Below are positions 20,792 to 35,243 of a stretch of 64,000 nucleotides of DNA, one piece after another (the stretch's first letter is position 1; the number at the start of each line of letters is the position of its first letter). A program made the translations under genes and the position numbers. The stretch is from an uncultured Actinomycetes bacterium (GTDB taxonomy: Bacteria > Actinomycetota > Thermoleophilia > UBA2241). The DNA lies in NCBI GenBank assembly GCA_963725665.1, contig CAVRZA010000003.1, positions 1 through 64,000 on the forward strand. Direction: 5' to 3'. The notes under the pieces are model-generated. The model was not told where the DNA came from. It saw nothing but the letters and a program-made list of their open reading frames with translations, and searched no databases.

Positions 20792-20923
20792 AACCTCTGG
20801 ACGCTTCTCTGGCGCGACCGCAACCTACGCTTTCACCGCTACGACCTCTGCCTTCCCTCGCCCCACCTCGCGGTGCTCCTCGCCGAGGTGGATCGCGACT
20901 CCACGGGCATCTTCTGGGGCTAG
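20585..20923 (+). CDS. DUF3024 domain protein
   Basis: [53 protein letters not shown]; the apparent start codon reads ATA. Confidence 0.8.
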   Translation: MAIPETELARARRWCEGRIPSRLRDEVRIEVDISGQALTIFECRPPWRAEFGPTWSRLPVARFRYSAKTNLWTLLWRDRNLRFHRYDLCLPSPHLAVLLAEVDRDSTGIFWG

Positions 20924-20963
20924 GAGGCCCTCGGGTCCCGCTCCTCGCTGGTGGGGACTGCCG

Positions 20964-21314
20964 TCAGCGAAGCCCGCGCCGCCGGTGGCCGCCTACGCGT
21001 GATGTCTCGTCGGTTATGGGTCGGCATTGACACACATGCGCTGCGAGCAGGCTCCTGTCCTTCGCAGACAGGGGGTGCTTGGCGTCGACCTTCGGAGCGT
21101 TGTCCAGGTATGACGAGGTGTGTGCTATCAGCAGTCGGTCACCTGAGCTTTCGATTGCCCCGACTGGCACAACGAGCGTGGACAGCAGCGATCGCCGAAC
21201 GACCACGTACTCCACGTACTCTCCCTCATAGACGAGCTCCTTGACCCTGCCAATCATGGTGTCATCGCGCGCGTAGACCGCTTGGCCGACAAGGTCCTGT
21301 GGACTCACTGCCAT
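20964..21314 (-). CDS. PRC-barrel domain protein (C-terminus possibly truncated)
   Basis: LVGQAVYARDDTMIGRVKEL..YVVV..LVVPV..NAP; AGGAGGTG RBS. Confidence 0.75.
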   Translation of the reverse strand: MAVSPQDLVGQAVYARDDTMIGRVKELVYEGEYVEYVVVRRSLLSTLVVPVGAIESSGDRLLIAHTSSYLDNAPKVDAKHPLSAKDRSLLAAHVCQCRPITDETSRVGGHRRRGLR

Positions 21315-21457
21315 CGTGACCTCACCTCCTTCGTCGGTGGCACTAAGGAGTGTTCCCGGATGAGCCACGTGCGCATCAGGGAGGAGGGAGAAGGGAGATC
21401 GATGCTGACGGCCAACGACGGGGACCGATGCTCTTGGCATGACCGCCGCCGGGAGCC

Positions 21458-21544
21458 CTAGGCCAGCTTCGTCAGGACCTGCAGAAGCTCAAGCGCACCG
21501 TGGCCGCACTGGCCGCAGACGTAGACCGTCTGGCGCCTGGGCAC
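21458..21544 (-). pseudogene. radA: radA/sms remnant (N-terminal zinc-finger half only)
   Basis: MPRRQTVYVCGQCGH directly after the clpC stop, matching the conserved clpC-radA order; only 28 codons. Confidence 0.6.
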
Positions 21545-21545
21545 C

Positions 21546-24104
<2,559 letters not shown>

Positions 24105-24188
24105 GATGATTCCTCTTCACGACACCGGTCGCGTCGCTCCGCCCCCGCGCGTTGAACCTCGCGGCACGACGGTCGGCAAGAGCACGCG

Positions 24189-25326
<1,138 letters not shown>

Positions 25327-25842
25327 CGTCTCTCTCCTACTCCCTGTCTCGGCGACGCAGCCCAACACCCCCCGTCGCAGAAGATCACATGCCGGCGCTG
25401 CCTGGTTTCATGGGGGGAGTGTCCGTGGCGGTGGGGGAAAACCCTCGTGAGGCCTCTCCCAGTCTACGCTCCCTGAGGCCGAGCACAAGGAGGGCAGTGA
25501 GACCGGCAGCGACAGCGAGAAGCGCCGGCTGCGGCCGAGGACCCACGGCCGTGGCGGCGTGCCGTCGGCTCACGGCCAGAAGCCGCCGCTCATAGGCCTC
25601 TTCTGAGAAGAGCACGGGTCTGGCGGACATGTGTGCGGGCGCGTCGAGCGCACAGTGACGAGACCGCGCCCCCTTCCTCCATGCGAAGCGGGAGGAGTGC
25701 GGCCCGAGTTCGCCCACGAGGAGAGACGCTGGTAACACCTCCGAGCGCCGCGTGCTACGCTGCAAAGCAGCTCGCTCACCGGCGCCCCGGCCGGAGCAGG
25801 CGCTGCTCTGCCCGGGGGACGTCTCGCTTCCAGGGAGGACGC

Positions 25843-26025
25843 GTGAGGCTCGAAGATCTGCTCGGCAAGCGAGTCCGCTACAAGGGCGAGGAGGGGTACG
25901 TCGTGGAGGGGCACTCCGGCGAGCGGGCATCGGTCGTGGTGAGCGTCCGCGCGGCGGACAACGTGGCGCGCCGGCACGTGACCGTGCCGGAGCACGAATG
26001 GGAGGAGCTCGAGCTCCTCGACTAG
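25843..26025 (+). CDS. Small hypothetical protein (possible SH3-like fold)
   Basis: GGGAGG RBS; LLGKRVRYKGEEGYVV...; 60 aa. Confidence 0.55.
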   Translation: MRLEDLLGKRVRYKGEEGYVVEGHSGERASVVVSVRAADNVARRHVTVPEHEWEELELLD

Positions 26026-26358
26026 GCTCCTAGGCGGGCTTGAGCTGCCCGGCCTCGATGCAGCCCGCTGGCAGATCTCGCGCAGTCGGACGTCTGGCGA
26101 ACCTCTGCGCACCGCTTTTCTGCTGCGCACGGTAGTGACGCCGACACGACGCCGACGTTCACGGGAGATGCTGCATCGCGACACCGCATCGGGGAGATGG
26201 GATAAACACTGCTGTGAGCGCCACGACGGTCCTTTCTCGAGAGCGCTGTCTTCACCGGCCCATAGGTCGGTACTGACCGCGGAGATGGGCGCATAGAGAG
26301 CCAGCACTTGACCCCCACGACATGTGACGCGCTGCGATCGCGCCGTAGGCCGCGCCGG

Positions 26359-27426
26359 TCAGGCCGGCGCGGCCCTCCGGGCCGGCTGCGCCCTGGCGGG
26401 ACCAGCGCCGCTGGTCACCGCGGCCTGGACCGGGGGCAGGCCGGCACGGTCGCGGACCTCGCTCTCGATGGCGTTTGCGATGTCCGTGTTCGCGGCCAGG
26501 AAGACCTTGGCGTTGGCCCTGCCCTGGCCGAGGCGGTCGTCCCGGTAGCCGTAGAAGGCGGCGCTCTTTTGCACCACGTCACAGGCCACGCCCAGGTCGA
26601 GCAGCGAGCCCTCGCGCGAGATGCCGGTGCCGTATATGATGTCGAACTCGGCCATTTTGAAGGGCGGCGCGACCTTGTTCTTGGCCACCTTGACGCGGAC
26701 CCGGTTGCCTACGGCGTCGGTACCGTCCTTGAGGGTCTCGATGCGCCGGATGTCGAGGCGGATCGTGGCGTAGAACTTGAGCGCCTTGCCGCCGGTGGTG
26801 GTCTCCGGGTTGCCGAACATGACGCCGATCTTCTCGCGCAGCTGGTTGGTGAAGCAGGCAATGGTGCCCGACTTGCTCAGAGTGCCGGCCAGCTTGCGCA
26901 GCGCCTGGCTCATGAGGCGGGCCTGGAGGCCGACGAAGCTGTCGCCCATCTCCCCCTCGATCTCGGCGCGCGGCGTCAGTGCCGCCACCGAGTCGATAGC
27001 GACGATGTCGAGGGCGCCGCTGCGTACGAGCATCTCGACGATCTGGAGGGCCTGCTCGCCGTGGTCCGGCTGCGAGACGAGCAGCTCGTCGACGTCCACG
27101 CCGATAGCCTTGGCGTACGTTGGGTCCATGGAATGCTCGGCGTCGATGAAGGCCGCCTTGCCGCCCATCTTCTGCGCCTCGGCGATGAGGTGGTACACGA
27201 GGGTGGTCTTGCCGGAGGCCTCGGGGCCGTAGATCTCGATGACGCGTCCCCGGGGGATCCCGCCCACTCCAAGGGCGATATCGAGCGCCAGGGAACCCGT
27301 GGGTACGACCCTCACGTCTGTCCCGGCTGAGTGGTCACCCATGCGCATGACGCTGCCTTTGCCGAAGCGGCGCTCGATCTGCGACAGTGCGGCCTCGAGC
27401 GCTCTCTGCTTGTTGTCCGATTCGAC
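26359..27426 (-). CDS. recA: Recombinase A
   Basis: [44 protein letters not shown]. The N-terminal helix lacks a canonical start (GTC at 27426). Confidence 0.95.
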   Translation of the reverse strand, partial: VESDNKQRALEAALSQIERRFGKGSVMRMGDHSAGTDVRVVPTGSLALDIALGVGGIPRGRVIEIYGPEASGKTTLVYHLIAEAQKMGGKAAFIDAEHSMDPTYAKAIGVDVDELLVSQPDHGEQALQIVEMLVRSGALDIVAIDSVAALTPRAEIEGEMGDSFVGLQARLMSQALRKLAGTLSKSGTIACFTNQLREKIGVMFGNPETTTGGKALKFYATIRLDIRRIETLKDGTDAVGNRVRVKVAKNKVAPPFKMAEFDIIYGTGISREGSLLDLGVACDVVQKSAAFYGYRDDRLGQGRANAKVFLAANTDIANAIESEVRDRAGLPPVQAAVTSGAGPARAQPARRAAPA

Positions 27427-27981
27427 GGTTCCTGGCTCCTCTCCTACCGTCCCGTGAACGATGCCAGGGGTGTGTGGCCGACGCCGCCCCTGTCGAGGAC
27501 ACTAGCATAGAGCAGCAGCCGAGACAGACAAAGCTGCGAAAAGTTGCCGCTGTGCAGGGGATAAGATTTACCTGGACGGCGGAATCGGGCGACGGTGACG
27601 TGCGTTAATCTGCAGTTGCCTGAAGGGGTCCCTGACGGGCACCGATGGTGACGCCGATGGGCGGCAGGACGCTGCACTGATGCCCACCCGGGCTGCGAAG
27701 TGCTGCGAGACGCATCCTGTGTGAGACGGCCTCTACGACGACTCATTCCCGCGCCGGGGAGCGCCCAATCGACGGCCCGCTGCTGGCTGCTCAAGCAAGG
27801 GCCGGCAAGGGCGGCCAAGCTCGTTGCCGCGGCTGGTGCGTGCGCCAGGCTGCGGGAGTTGGTTGGGGCAAAGCTTGCGGACCTGCAGTAAGGCAATCCA
27901 TCTCGCCCGTAAGTAGCGCCGACATAAGGAAGCGCCCGCCGGGCCGGCCATGCCGGCCCGGCGGGCGCGCACGAGCTTGCG

Positions 27982-28179
27982 TCAGACGGGCTTCACGTTG
28001 ACGGCCTGCGGGCCCTTCTGGCCCTCGGTCACGTCGAACTCGACGGCCTGGCCCTCAGCAAGCGTCCCGACTCCCGGGGCAAGCTCGTTGGCGTGCACGA
28101 ACACGTCCTTGCCCTCTTCCTGCTCGATGAAGCCGTAGCCCTTCTGTACGCTGAACCATTTCACTTTGCCTTGCGCCAC
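27982..28179 (-). CDS. Cold-shock domain protein, copy 2
   Basis: Differs from 9747-9944 at two residues; followed by a perfect GC hairpin at about 27933-27969. Confidence 0.97.
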   Translation of the reverse strand: MAQGKVKWFSVQKGYGFIEQEEGKDVFVHANELAPGVGTLAEGQAVEFDVTEGQKGPQAVNVKPV

Positions 28180-28424
28180 CTTGAACTCCTCGTCTCATGA
28201 GCGTGTCCGCGGCGACTGTCGAGGCAACGATGCGCGCTCTTCTCCGATGCGCTGCTTACGACGGATGTCACAGCGCAACCAGCTGCCTCACTGTATGCTC
28301 TTCTCCCTACGAGGGAAACCGGGTGTCGGCAGAGGGGCCGCCGGCAGAGGAAGCGAGGGCGAAGTCCGTAGGGGGAGAGGGTCGTTGGCCCTGAGGGAGC
28401 ACGCACTCTGCGATCTCCGTGACC

Positions 28425-28731
28425 TCATCGTCGACGTCGGCGGCCGCCTCTGTCGAGCCCGCCGCCGGCCATGACATAGGGCAGCAGCGCCATCTCGCGG
28501 GCGCGCTTGATGGCGAGGGCGACCTGGCGCTGATGGCGCCGGCAGGAGCCAGTGGTGCGCGGCGGCTTGATCTTGCCCTTGTCGTTGATGAAGCGGCGCA
28601 GGACGGTGGAGTCCTTGTAGTCGACCTCGTCGATCTTCTCCTTGCAGAAGTGGCAGTAGCGACGGCGTGAGGGGTCCAAGGGACGGTCCCTCTTCTTCTC
28701 GGGCCGCGGCTTTGCCTTTGCGGCTCGGCAT
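28425..28731 (-). CDS. rpsR: 30S ribosomal protein S18, copy 2 (1-nt frameshift near the 5' end)
   Basis: Near-identical to 9197-9499; extra A in AAAGGCAAAG. Confidence 0.9.
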
Positions 28732-28910
28732 GCTGGTTCCTTTCTCGGCCGCCCGGGTGAGCGGGGCGTGCTGGTGGGAGGCTCAGCATGTCGCGGCGGG
28801 GGTCGCTGCACAAGACCCACAGGCTGGGACGGGCGTCGTTCGGCAGGCGTTGACAAGGGTGCCTCGCCGTTCGAGTGTCGGACCGTCTCGCTGCCCTGTG
28901 GAGTTGGAGT

Positions 28911-28936
28911 TGGAGTTGACCCGGTTTCGTGGACAG
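28911..28936 (+). mobile_element. Solo IS3-family-like terminal inverted repeat
   Basis: TGGAGTTGACCCGGTTTCGTGGACAG resembles IS3-family ends; no transposase follows. Confidence 0.4.
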
Positions 28937-29219
28937 ATTTGGGCTAGCAGTGCCAGCCCTCTATCTGGCCTCTGCCAAGGCGGCGCGCTCGTAGTCTAGC
29001 GGGCTTCTCTGAAGCTCGACGTGGTCGCCCTACACGACGTCAACCACGACGAGATGGTGCTCGTCGAGCCGGACGCCATGCTGCGGCTCAGCAACGCGTT
29101 CATCGCCTGGGCGAACGGGGTGAGCCCTGAACTGATCGGCGACGGGGCGAAGGGAAGCGCGGCCCAGGCGTGCCAGCAGAACAGGTAAGATCTCCTTTGT
29201 TTCGTCTACCTGTGAGGAC

Positions 29220-29672
29220 ATGGACGTGGGCAAGAAGGTTCTCTTCGTCTGCAGTCACAACAGCGCGCGTAGCCAAATCGCAGAGGCCTTCCTGCGCACC
29301 TTTGCGGGCGATGCCTATGAGGTATGCAGCGCCGGTCTTGAGCCCAAGGGCATTGACCCTCTGACGATCGCGGTGATGAGCGAACGCGGCATCGACATCG
29401 CCGGCCAGAGGTCGAAGGCAATGCAGGAGTTCATGGGCAAGGCGCGCTTCGACTATCTCATCACCGTCTGCGACCGCGCCGAGAAGGCGTGTCCCGTCTT
29501 TCCCGGCATGGGCGCGCGCGAGTACTGGCCCCTCGAAGATCCGGCCGGGGCCGAGGGGAGCCAGGAGGAACGCCTGGCCAAGTTCCGCGAGGTGCGCGAC
29601 CAGATCGAGGCGCGCATCCGCCAGTGGCTTGCTGAACGCCGCCCACGGGCTTCGAAAGCAGTGGTCTCTTGA
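29220..29672 (+). CDS. arsC: Arsenate reductase (thioredoxin-coupled, LMW-PTP fold)
   Basis: VLFVCSHNSARSQ, ITVCD..ACPVFPG, WPLEDP..VRDQI. Confidence 0.92.
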   Translation: MDVGKKVLFVCSHNSARSQIAEAFLRTFAGDAYEVCSAGLEPKGIDPLTIAVMSERGIDIAGQRSKAMQEFMGKARFDYLITVCDRAEKACPVFPGMGAREYWPLEDPAGAEGSQEERLAKFREVRDQIEARIRQWLAERRPRASKAVVS

Positions 29673-29766
29673 TTGCTCGCTGGAACAAGGTATCGCGGCC
29701 CGCGGGGACGTCCGGGCGAGAACTCCAGTCCTGCAGGCGCGTCCAATTGGGAAAGGTGGCTTGCCA

Positions 29767-30477
29767 ATGAGAGTACAAGGGGGAGCGCTGGAGCTTGCCT
29801 TCAGGATGTTACTGAGCTGCCCCTGCGACGTCACTCCAGAGCAAGAGCGAGCCGTCTTCGACTACCTGCTGAGCATCCCCCAGGGGCAGACGGCGGACTA
29901 CGCACCTGTGTTAGCCGCCTTCGGGCCGAACACCTCGACCCCCTTCCATCGGCTGGCCGCCTTCTCTTCTTGGCGCGCACCTGACCCGGCGGAGGTCACG
30001 ATCGAACGCCAGGACGTCCTCAGAGTGAACGCTTCGAGCTATCACTGGGATCTCGCCGCTTCTGGCTTGCCCAACGCCTACAAGAAGATTAGGTCGGTCC
30101 CCTCCTGGCAGCTGGCCCATACGCTGCTACCCGTGACCGTCCACAAGGCCGCTGAAGACGGCGGCATGGTAGCGAGGTACACGTTCGCCGATGGGGAGGT
30201 CTCGTTGGCGAACGTGTTCTTTCCGCCCGAGTTTGAGGCAGACGAATCGCTCCATTGGGCAATCCACTTCGCCGCGATTCTCGGTCCTTTGGACGAAGGG
30301 GAGACGCACCTCGTCAGCGCGCTCAACGAGGCGATCCCGATGCTGCCCCGAATGCGGCGTGAGGTCGGGTCGATCGACTACGGCTCCTTTGAACTGCAGG
30401 GTGACTATCGCGAGCTGTGCCAACGGCGCCATGCCCTCTTCTTGGGCGAGCGGACTTCTCGAAGCTCTCCAAGCTGA
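29767..30477 (+). CDS. Hypothetical protein
   Basis: Open frame with RBS and protein-like composition; no motif recognised. Confidence 0.6.
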   Translation: MRVQGGALELAFRMLLSCPCDVTPEQERAVFDYLLSIPQGQTADYAPVLAAFGPNTSTPFHRLAAFSSWRAPDPAEVTIERQDVLRVNASSYHWDLAASGLPNAYKKIRSVPSWQLAHTLLPVTVHKAAEDGGMVARYTFADGEVSLANVFFPPEFEADESLHWAIHFAAILGPLDEGETHLVSALNEAIPMLPRMRREVGSIDYGSFELQGDYRELCQRRHALFLGERTSRSSPS

Positions 30478-30564
30478 GAATGCGCTAGCCTCTGGAGTCG
30501 TCCAAAGTCGCGCGGATCGGCCGCGGGGCCGGTGGCGGACGTGATCCATCAGGCTGGAGGAGAG

Positions 30565-30738
30565 ATGGAACCTTTGATGCTGACCCTGCATCGGGCCAGG
30601 GAGACCAAGAACACGGTGCGCTACGAGGAGCCCGAGACGGGTGAGCCGATGGTGATCGGCACTCTCTACGTGTACAAATGGGCGCTGCATCGCATGGACG
30701 ACCCCGAGGCAATCACAGTCACCATCGCTCCATCGTGA
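30565..30738 (+). CDS. Small mobile-element-type hypothetical protein
   Basis: GGAGGAG RBS; ETKNTVRYEE..IGTLYV.KWAL. Confidence 0.6.
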   Translation: MEPLMLTLHRARETKNTVRYEEPETGEPMVIGTLYVYKWALHRMDDPEAITVTIAPS

Positions 30739-30985
30739 GCCCATCTCTGGCGAGCGGCTGCAGCCGCTGGGCCGCCAGCAGGCGCGTGTGGCCGACGATG
30801 ATGACGCCCTCGGCGTCGACCACGATCGGCTGGCGGAAGCCGTACTCCTTGATGGAGGCCGCCACCTTGTCGACGGCGCTCTGAGGACAGACGCGTGCGT
30901 TACGCGCGTAGGGGATGGGGCGGTCGGTCGGCCACCACTCGACCGTGAGCCTCTCACGGCCCTTGCCTGTTTGTGCCTTGATCAC
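30719..30985 (-). pseudogene. ParB-like N-terminus of a second ParB-methyltransferase, truncated
   Basis: WWPTDRPIPYARNAR..KVAASIKEYGFRQPIVVD..IIVGHTRLLAA aligns with the N-terminus of 1489-2817. Confidence 0.85.
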
Positions 30986-31078
30986 GGCTTGGTTCCTTCT
31001 CTCGCATGCCAGTTGTCATATACAGTATGTATTGCTAGGGTTGCACAGAGATATGAGCCATTATTGCGAGGAGGAGTG

Positions 31079-32197
31079 ATGGCCACGACGCCGTTCGCCG
31101 AAGTCCGTGAGTCGCTGAAGCGGGTCCTCGGCGTCAGGCGCCTGCGCGACGGCCTGTGGAAGGACCTTGTGCACTCACGCTACGTCGAGCTGGTCGCGAA
31201 CGGTCGCTGGTCCATCGAGGCCCTGGCGACCCAGTACCTGCGCAAGGAGGAGGACCTCTTCCCGCCCAAGCGTGCGCCGCGCGAGCCGCTGCGCGAGATC
31301 GACCCCGACGCGCGCGCGAGGGCGCTCGCCGAGATCGTCGCCTGCCGTCTGGCACGCTTCTTCTCGGTGCGCGCCTTTCGCCAGACCGTCCTGAACAGCG
31401 AGCTCCTGCCGCAGTCGGCGATCGCCGCCTGGGTCGAGGAGCGCGCGCGCGAGGAGGGTCCACCAGCCGATGGTTACTTCTCGATGCCCGTCGCCAGTTG
31501 GAAGGAGCCGCCGCCCTGGCTCTTTGGCGACGATGCCGTGGCCGGCTATGCGCGCTGGCTTGCCGACGAGGCGGCGCGCGTCGCGGCCAACCCCCAGGCC
31601 GAGATCCCGAGCGGCGACGAGTGGAGTCCGCGCCATCTCTACTACGGGGTGCCCGGCGAGCGCTGGCGCTCGATCGCGATCCGCGGCGACGGCGTACTCG
31701 CGCAGCTGCGAAGCGTCGCCTCGGGGATAGGCGGCGTCGCCCATCAAGCGGGCTGGTCGGAGGCCCAAGCGGTCGCCTTCATCTTAAGCGGCTGGGTGCC
31801 ACCGCTGCCCAGGGCGAGCGTCTCCCGCAGCGACGGCGTCTGTCGCGCGGCGACGAGCATTGGCCTGCGGGTGAACCCGCGCCTGGCGCCGCGCGAGCTG
31901 GCCTTGATCTACGGCGAGGCGCGCGAGGGGTACTTCGGCGGTACCGACCGTCCCATGGACGAGAAGCACCTGAGGCTGGCCGTGTTCACGGAGAGGAGTC
32001 GCGAGGTCGGCACGCCCTGGCTCGAGTTGCGCGAGCGCTGGAACGCTGCCAATCCGCAGTGGCGCTACGCAACGGAGGCAGATCCGCATGCGCGACGCTT
32101 CTCCCTGGAGGCGCGCACAGCGTGGATGCGCGTGACCGGTGAGAGGTGGCCCGGTCGGCACCGGAGGGAGGCACTCCAGGGTCCGCCCCGCAGGTGA
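31079..32197 (+). CDS. Hypothetical protein (mobile-element associated, Trp-rich C-terminus)
   Basis: GAGGAGG RBS, GC-biased codons, divergent from the ParB remnant across an AT-rich spacer. Confidence 0.7.
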   Translation: MATTPFAEVRESLKRVLGVRRLRDGLWKDLVHSRYVELVANGRWSIEALATQYLRKEEDLFPPKRAPREPLREIDPDARARALAEIVACRLARFFSVRAFRQTVLNSELLPQSAIAAWVEERAREEGPPADGYFSMPVASWKEPPPWLFGDDAVAGYARWLADEAARVAANPQAEIPSGDEWSPRHLYYGVPGERWRSIAIRGDGVLAQLRSVASGIGGVAHQAGWSEAQAVAFILSGWVPPLPRASVSRSDGVCRAATSIGLRVNPRLAPRELALIYGEAREGYFGGTDRPMDEKHLRLAVFTERSREVGTPWLELRERWNAANPQWRYATEADPHARRFSLEARTAWMRVTGERWPGRHRREALQGPPRR

Positions 32198-32309
32198 GGC
32201 AGCCGTCCGGATGGGCCAGGTTGAGGCTACGGTTCCTGCCGAGGAAGACGAGCAAGATCTCGGCCTTCCAGGGCATCTCCGCAGACGGGCTCCTGCTAGA
32301 CTGTGACTC

Positions 32310-32891
32310 GTGTTTACCGTCACCCGCCTCACCGTCTTTGACCTTCTCGTGCTGCTCTTTGTCGCCTTCTCCGCCTACCGCGGCTTTCGTCGCGGGCTGG
32401 TGGGTGAGCTGCTCTCCCTGGCCGCCTTTTTGGGCGCCCTCTTCTTGGCCTTTCGCTTCGACGCCCCTCTAGGGCGCTCGCTCAGGCACCTCTTCACCGG
32501 CCTTTCCGTGACCGAGGCGCGCATCATCGCCTTCCTTGTCATCCTCATCGCCGTGGAGGTCGCCGCCGGGGTGCTCATCGCCGTCGTTACGCGGCACGTC
32601 GGCCGCCTGCCCGTCGTGGGCAACCTTGACCGCGTCGGCGGCATCTTCATCGGTAGCGCGCTGGCGCTCATCGCCGTGTGGCTGCTGACGGCCGCCCTGC
32701 TCGTTCTGCCCGCCTCGGCTGTGCCCTGGGCGAGCGCCGTGCACCGCTCGGAGACGGCCCATCTCGTGCGCACGCTCACCCCGCACTACGGCGAGGCTCT
32801 GCGCGCCTACGTGGCGCACTTCACCTCGGGTCACCCGAGCACGACCCTCGAGCAGGAGCTGCGTCTCCTTGAGAGGCGGGCAAGCCAGTAG
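32310..32891 (+). CDS. CvpA family membrane protein
   Basis: D..VL..AYRGFRRGLVGE..LDRVGGIFIG; four TM segments. Confidence 0.85.
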   Translation: MFTVTRLTVFDLLVLLFVAFSAYRGFRRGLVGELLSLAAFLGALFLAFRFDAPLGRSLRHLFTGLSVTEARIIAFLVILIAVEVAAGVLIAVVTRHVGRLPVVGNLDRVGGIFIGSALALIAVWLLTAALLVLPASAVPWASAVHRSETAHLVRTLTPHYGEALRAYVAHFTSGHPSTTLEQELRLLERRASQ

Positions 32892-33338
32892 GTCGCCCCA
32901 TGCGGCGGTGAGGGGCGCTGGGTCCGCCGCCGACGTGCCGACGCGGCGCCGGCATTGTCGCGATGACTCAGGCATCCTTCTGCTAGGAACTACCTATGTG
33001 AGCTGATCGGTGGTCCGACGACGTCGCCGGCGCCAGCAAGAAACCATTTCGAAGACCAAGACGCGCGTCCTCAAGAAGGCGCGGCCGAGTCTTGGTTCCC
33101 CGAACACGGCCCATAGAAGCCGTCGACGTGCACGCTCGGATCGGCGGCTACGACGGCTGCCTGGCAGGGCCCGATCGACGTGTGCCTGGTGTCGGGTGAG
33201 GAAGGCGAGTACATTCGAGGTAGGAGGCCGGGCCAGTCGCACCAGAGTTACGTAGCGTCCAGTTCACGCCGGCGTGCGGATGGGCCGGTACAGTCGGCGA
33301 GTGGAGACTCTAGGCTCCCGGCGACGGAAAGGAGATCC

Positions 33339-33617
33339 GTGGACGATTGGACCGACGAGCAGCGGCGCGAGTTTGAGGAGTACCGGCGCAAGGGCGAAGA
33401 GGAGCGAGCCCAGAAAGAGACGAGCATCAGGGTCGGCGATCACGTCGAAACCCCAGAGGGAACCGGCTGGGCAGTAGAGCCGATGGTGGGCGGGTTCCGC
33501 ATCAACCTCGACAAGGATCTCCCGCAGGAGCGACCCGGGTTCGTCGTCAACCCGCTCTCGAATGAGAACTCCTTCTTCGTGCCCACCGAGCTACTCAGGA
33601 AGATACCGAAGAAGTGA
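33339..33617 (+). CDS. Small hypothetical protein, paralog of 10266-10595
   Basis: AAAGGAG RBS; DDWTDEQRREFEEYRRKG..GDHVETPEGTG..FFVPTELLRK. Confidence 0.7.
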   Translation: MDDWTDEQRREFEEYRRKGEEERAQKETSIRVGDHVETPEGTGWAVEPMVGGFRINLDKDLPQERPGFVVNPLSNENSFFVPTELLRKIPKK

Positions 33618-33817
33618 GACGAGAGCTCACGGGAACCGCTCGTCCGTATCGTCGCGACGGCCGCGAGATTCCGGGCGCCCGTGAGCTGACCGTAAACCTA
33701 CCGGCGGAGCCCTACACGGACGCCGGCGGCAAGGTTCGCCGGCGTTGTCCGAAAGCGCGGAAGACGATCGAGGCGAGCGGGATCCGCGCCGCGCTGAAGG
33801 CGCTCGCAGATCTCTGA
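33614..33817 (+). pseudogene. Possible integrase N-terminal (arm-binding) remnant
   Basis: ELTVNLP...GGKVRRR..KTIEASGIRAALKAL pattern, then a premature stop; GTGA overlap with the upstream gene. Confidence 0.35.
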
Positions 33818-33864
33818 GCCGCAGCACGGCGACGGTGGCGCGGAGCCAGATCGCCCGTTCCGAT

Positions 33865-34860
33865 CTAGCGATGCGTGACCCCCGCCTGGGCGCCGTAGGC
33901 GAGCTCGAAGTCTTGCACCACCGCATCGCCGAGCGCCTCGTCGATCGCTGCCAGCGTGTCGGGCGAGAGGTTGACCCCGGATGCCCTCGCGTTGTCGGAC
34001 ACCTGCTCGGGACGCGTGGCGCCCACGATCGCCGCAGCGACCTCCTCGCGGCGCAGCACCCAGGCAAGCGCGAGATGGGCCATCGAGAGGCCGGCCTGCT
34101 CGGCGACGGGACGCAGCCGCTGCACCGCCTCCAACACCGGCTCGCGCAATCTGTGCGCGACGAACTGGCCCATCTGCGAATGCGCGGCCCGCGAGTCGGG
34201 CGGCGGCGCCTGCCCCGCGAGGTACTTGCCCGTCAGCACCCCCTGTGCCAGGGGCGACCAGACGATCTGACCGATGCCGTTGTCGGCGCACAGCGCAAAG
34301 ACCTCGCGCTCGGGGCCACGCCACAGCAGGTTGTACTGCGGCTGGGAGGCGACGAGCTTCTCGGCGCCGGCTACCTGCAGCGCCGCGCGGATCTGTTCGG
34401 GGGTCCACTCGCTGAAGCCGACGTAGCGCGCCTTGCCGGCGCGCACCACCTCGCTGAGCGCCTCCATGGTCTCCTCGATGGGCGTGGTGACGTCGAAGCG
34501 ATGGCACTGGTAGAGATCGACGTAGTCGCTGCGCAGGCGCGCCAGCGAGGCGTCGATCTGCGTGCGCACCTCGGCTGCCGAGAGGCCGCCGGCGTGATTA
34601 TCGGCCATCGGCCAGTACAGCTTCGTGGCCAGGACGAACGAGCCGCGCGGATAGTCCGAGAGGATCTCGCCCCAGGCCTCCTCTGCGGCACCACGGCCGT
34701 AGGCGTTCGCGGTGTCGAAGAAGTTGATGCCGGCGTCGAACGCCGCCCGCGTGCAGGCCTTCGTGCGCTCTGGGCTCACTCCCCCGGAGTACGTCAACCA
34801 CGAGCCCAGCGAGATCTCCGACACCTGTAGGTCACTGTTGCCCAGCGGGCGGTAGTCCAT
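33865..34860 (-). CDS. Aldo/keto reductase (Tas/KCNAB-like)
   Basis: LGNSDLQVSEISLG, FDTANAY, LATK, DLYQCH, WSPLAQGVLTGKY. Confidence 0.95.
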   Translation of the reverse strand: MDYRPLGNSDLQVSEISLGSWLTYSGGVSPERTKACTRAAFDAGINFFDTANAYGRGAAEEAWGEILSDYPRGSFVLATKLYWPMADNHAGGLSAAEVRTQIDASLARLRSDYVDLYQCHRFDVTTPIEETMEALSEVVRAGKARYVGFSEWTPEQIRAALQVAGAEKLVASQPQYNLLWRGPEREVFALCADNGIGQIVWSPLAQGVLTGKYLAGQAPPPDSRAAHSQMGQFVAHRLREPVLEAVQRLRPVAEQAGLSMAHLALAWVLRREEVAAAIVGATRPEQVSDNARASGVNLSPDTLAAIDEALGDAVVQDFELAYGAQAGVTHR

Positions 34861-35107
34861 CTTCGGCCTCCGTGGGAGTGAGTGCCCAACGTCTCGTGCT
34901 TGGACGTCGACGACCCACTGCGTGAGACTCGCGCTTTCGGCGCGTGGCTAGTTCCCCAGACGATGTAGCCGCCGTGGTAGCCGCTGAAACACTCAGATCC
35001 ACGGGGGGCGACGCAAGCGGCGACTTGCGCCGACGTGATGCCGACGTAGGTGCCGATCACGGTGCACTTCGCAGGCGCTCAGGAACGGTCCATAAACGAT
35101 GAGCTCG

Positions 35108-35219
35108 TATGTGAGCCGAAATCGCCCTATGTGAGCCACTGAAGCCACATGAAGCACCTGCACAGTGGCACTTTCTGCTCTCGCGTGCAGAAGCCATTTC
35201 AGCTCACATAGGCTCACAT
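35108..35219. repeat. Putative integrase arm-binding sites
   Basis: TATGTGAGCC at 35108 and 35128; inverted GCTCACATA and GGCTCACAT at 35202-35219, next to the att core. Confidence 0.55.
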
Positions 35220-35243
35220 GACTGGCCGCGTCCTTGCGACACC

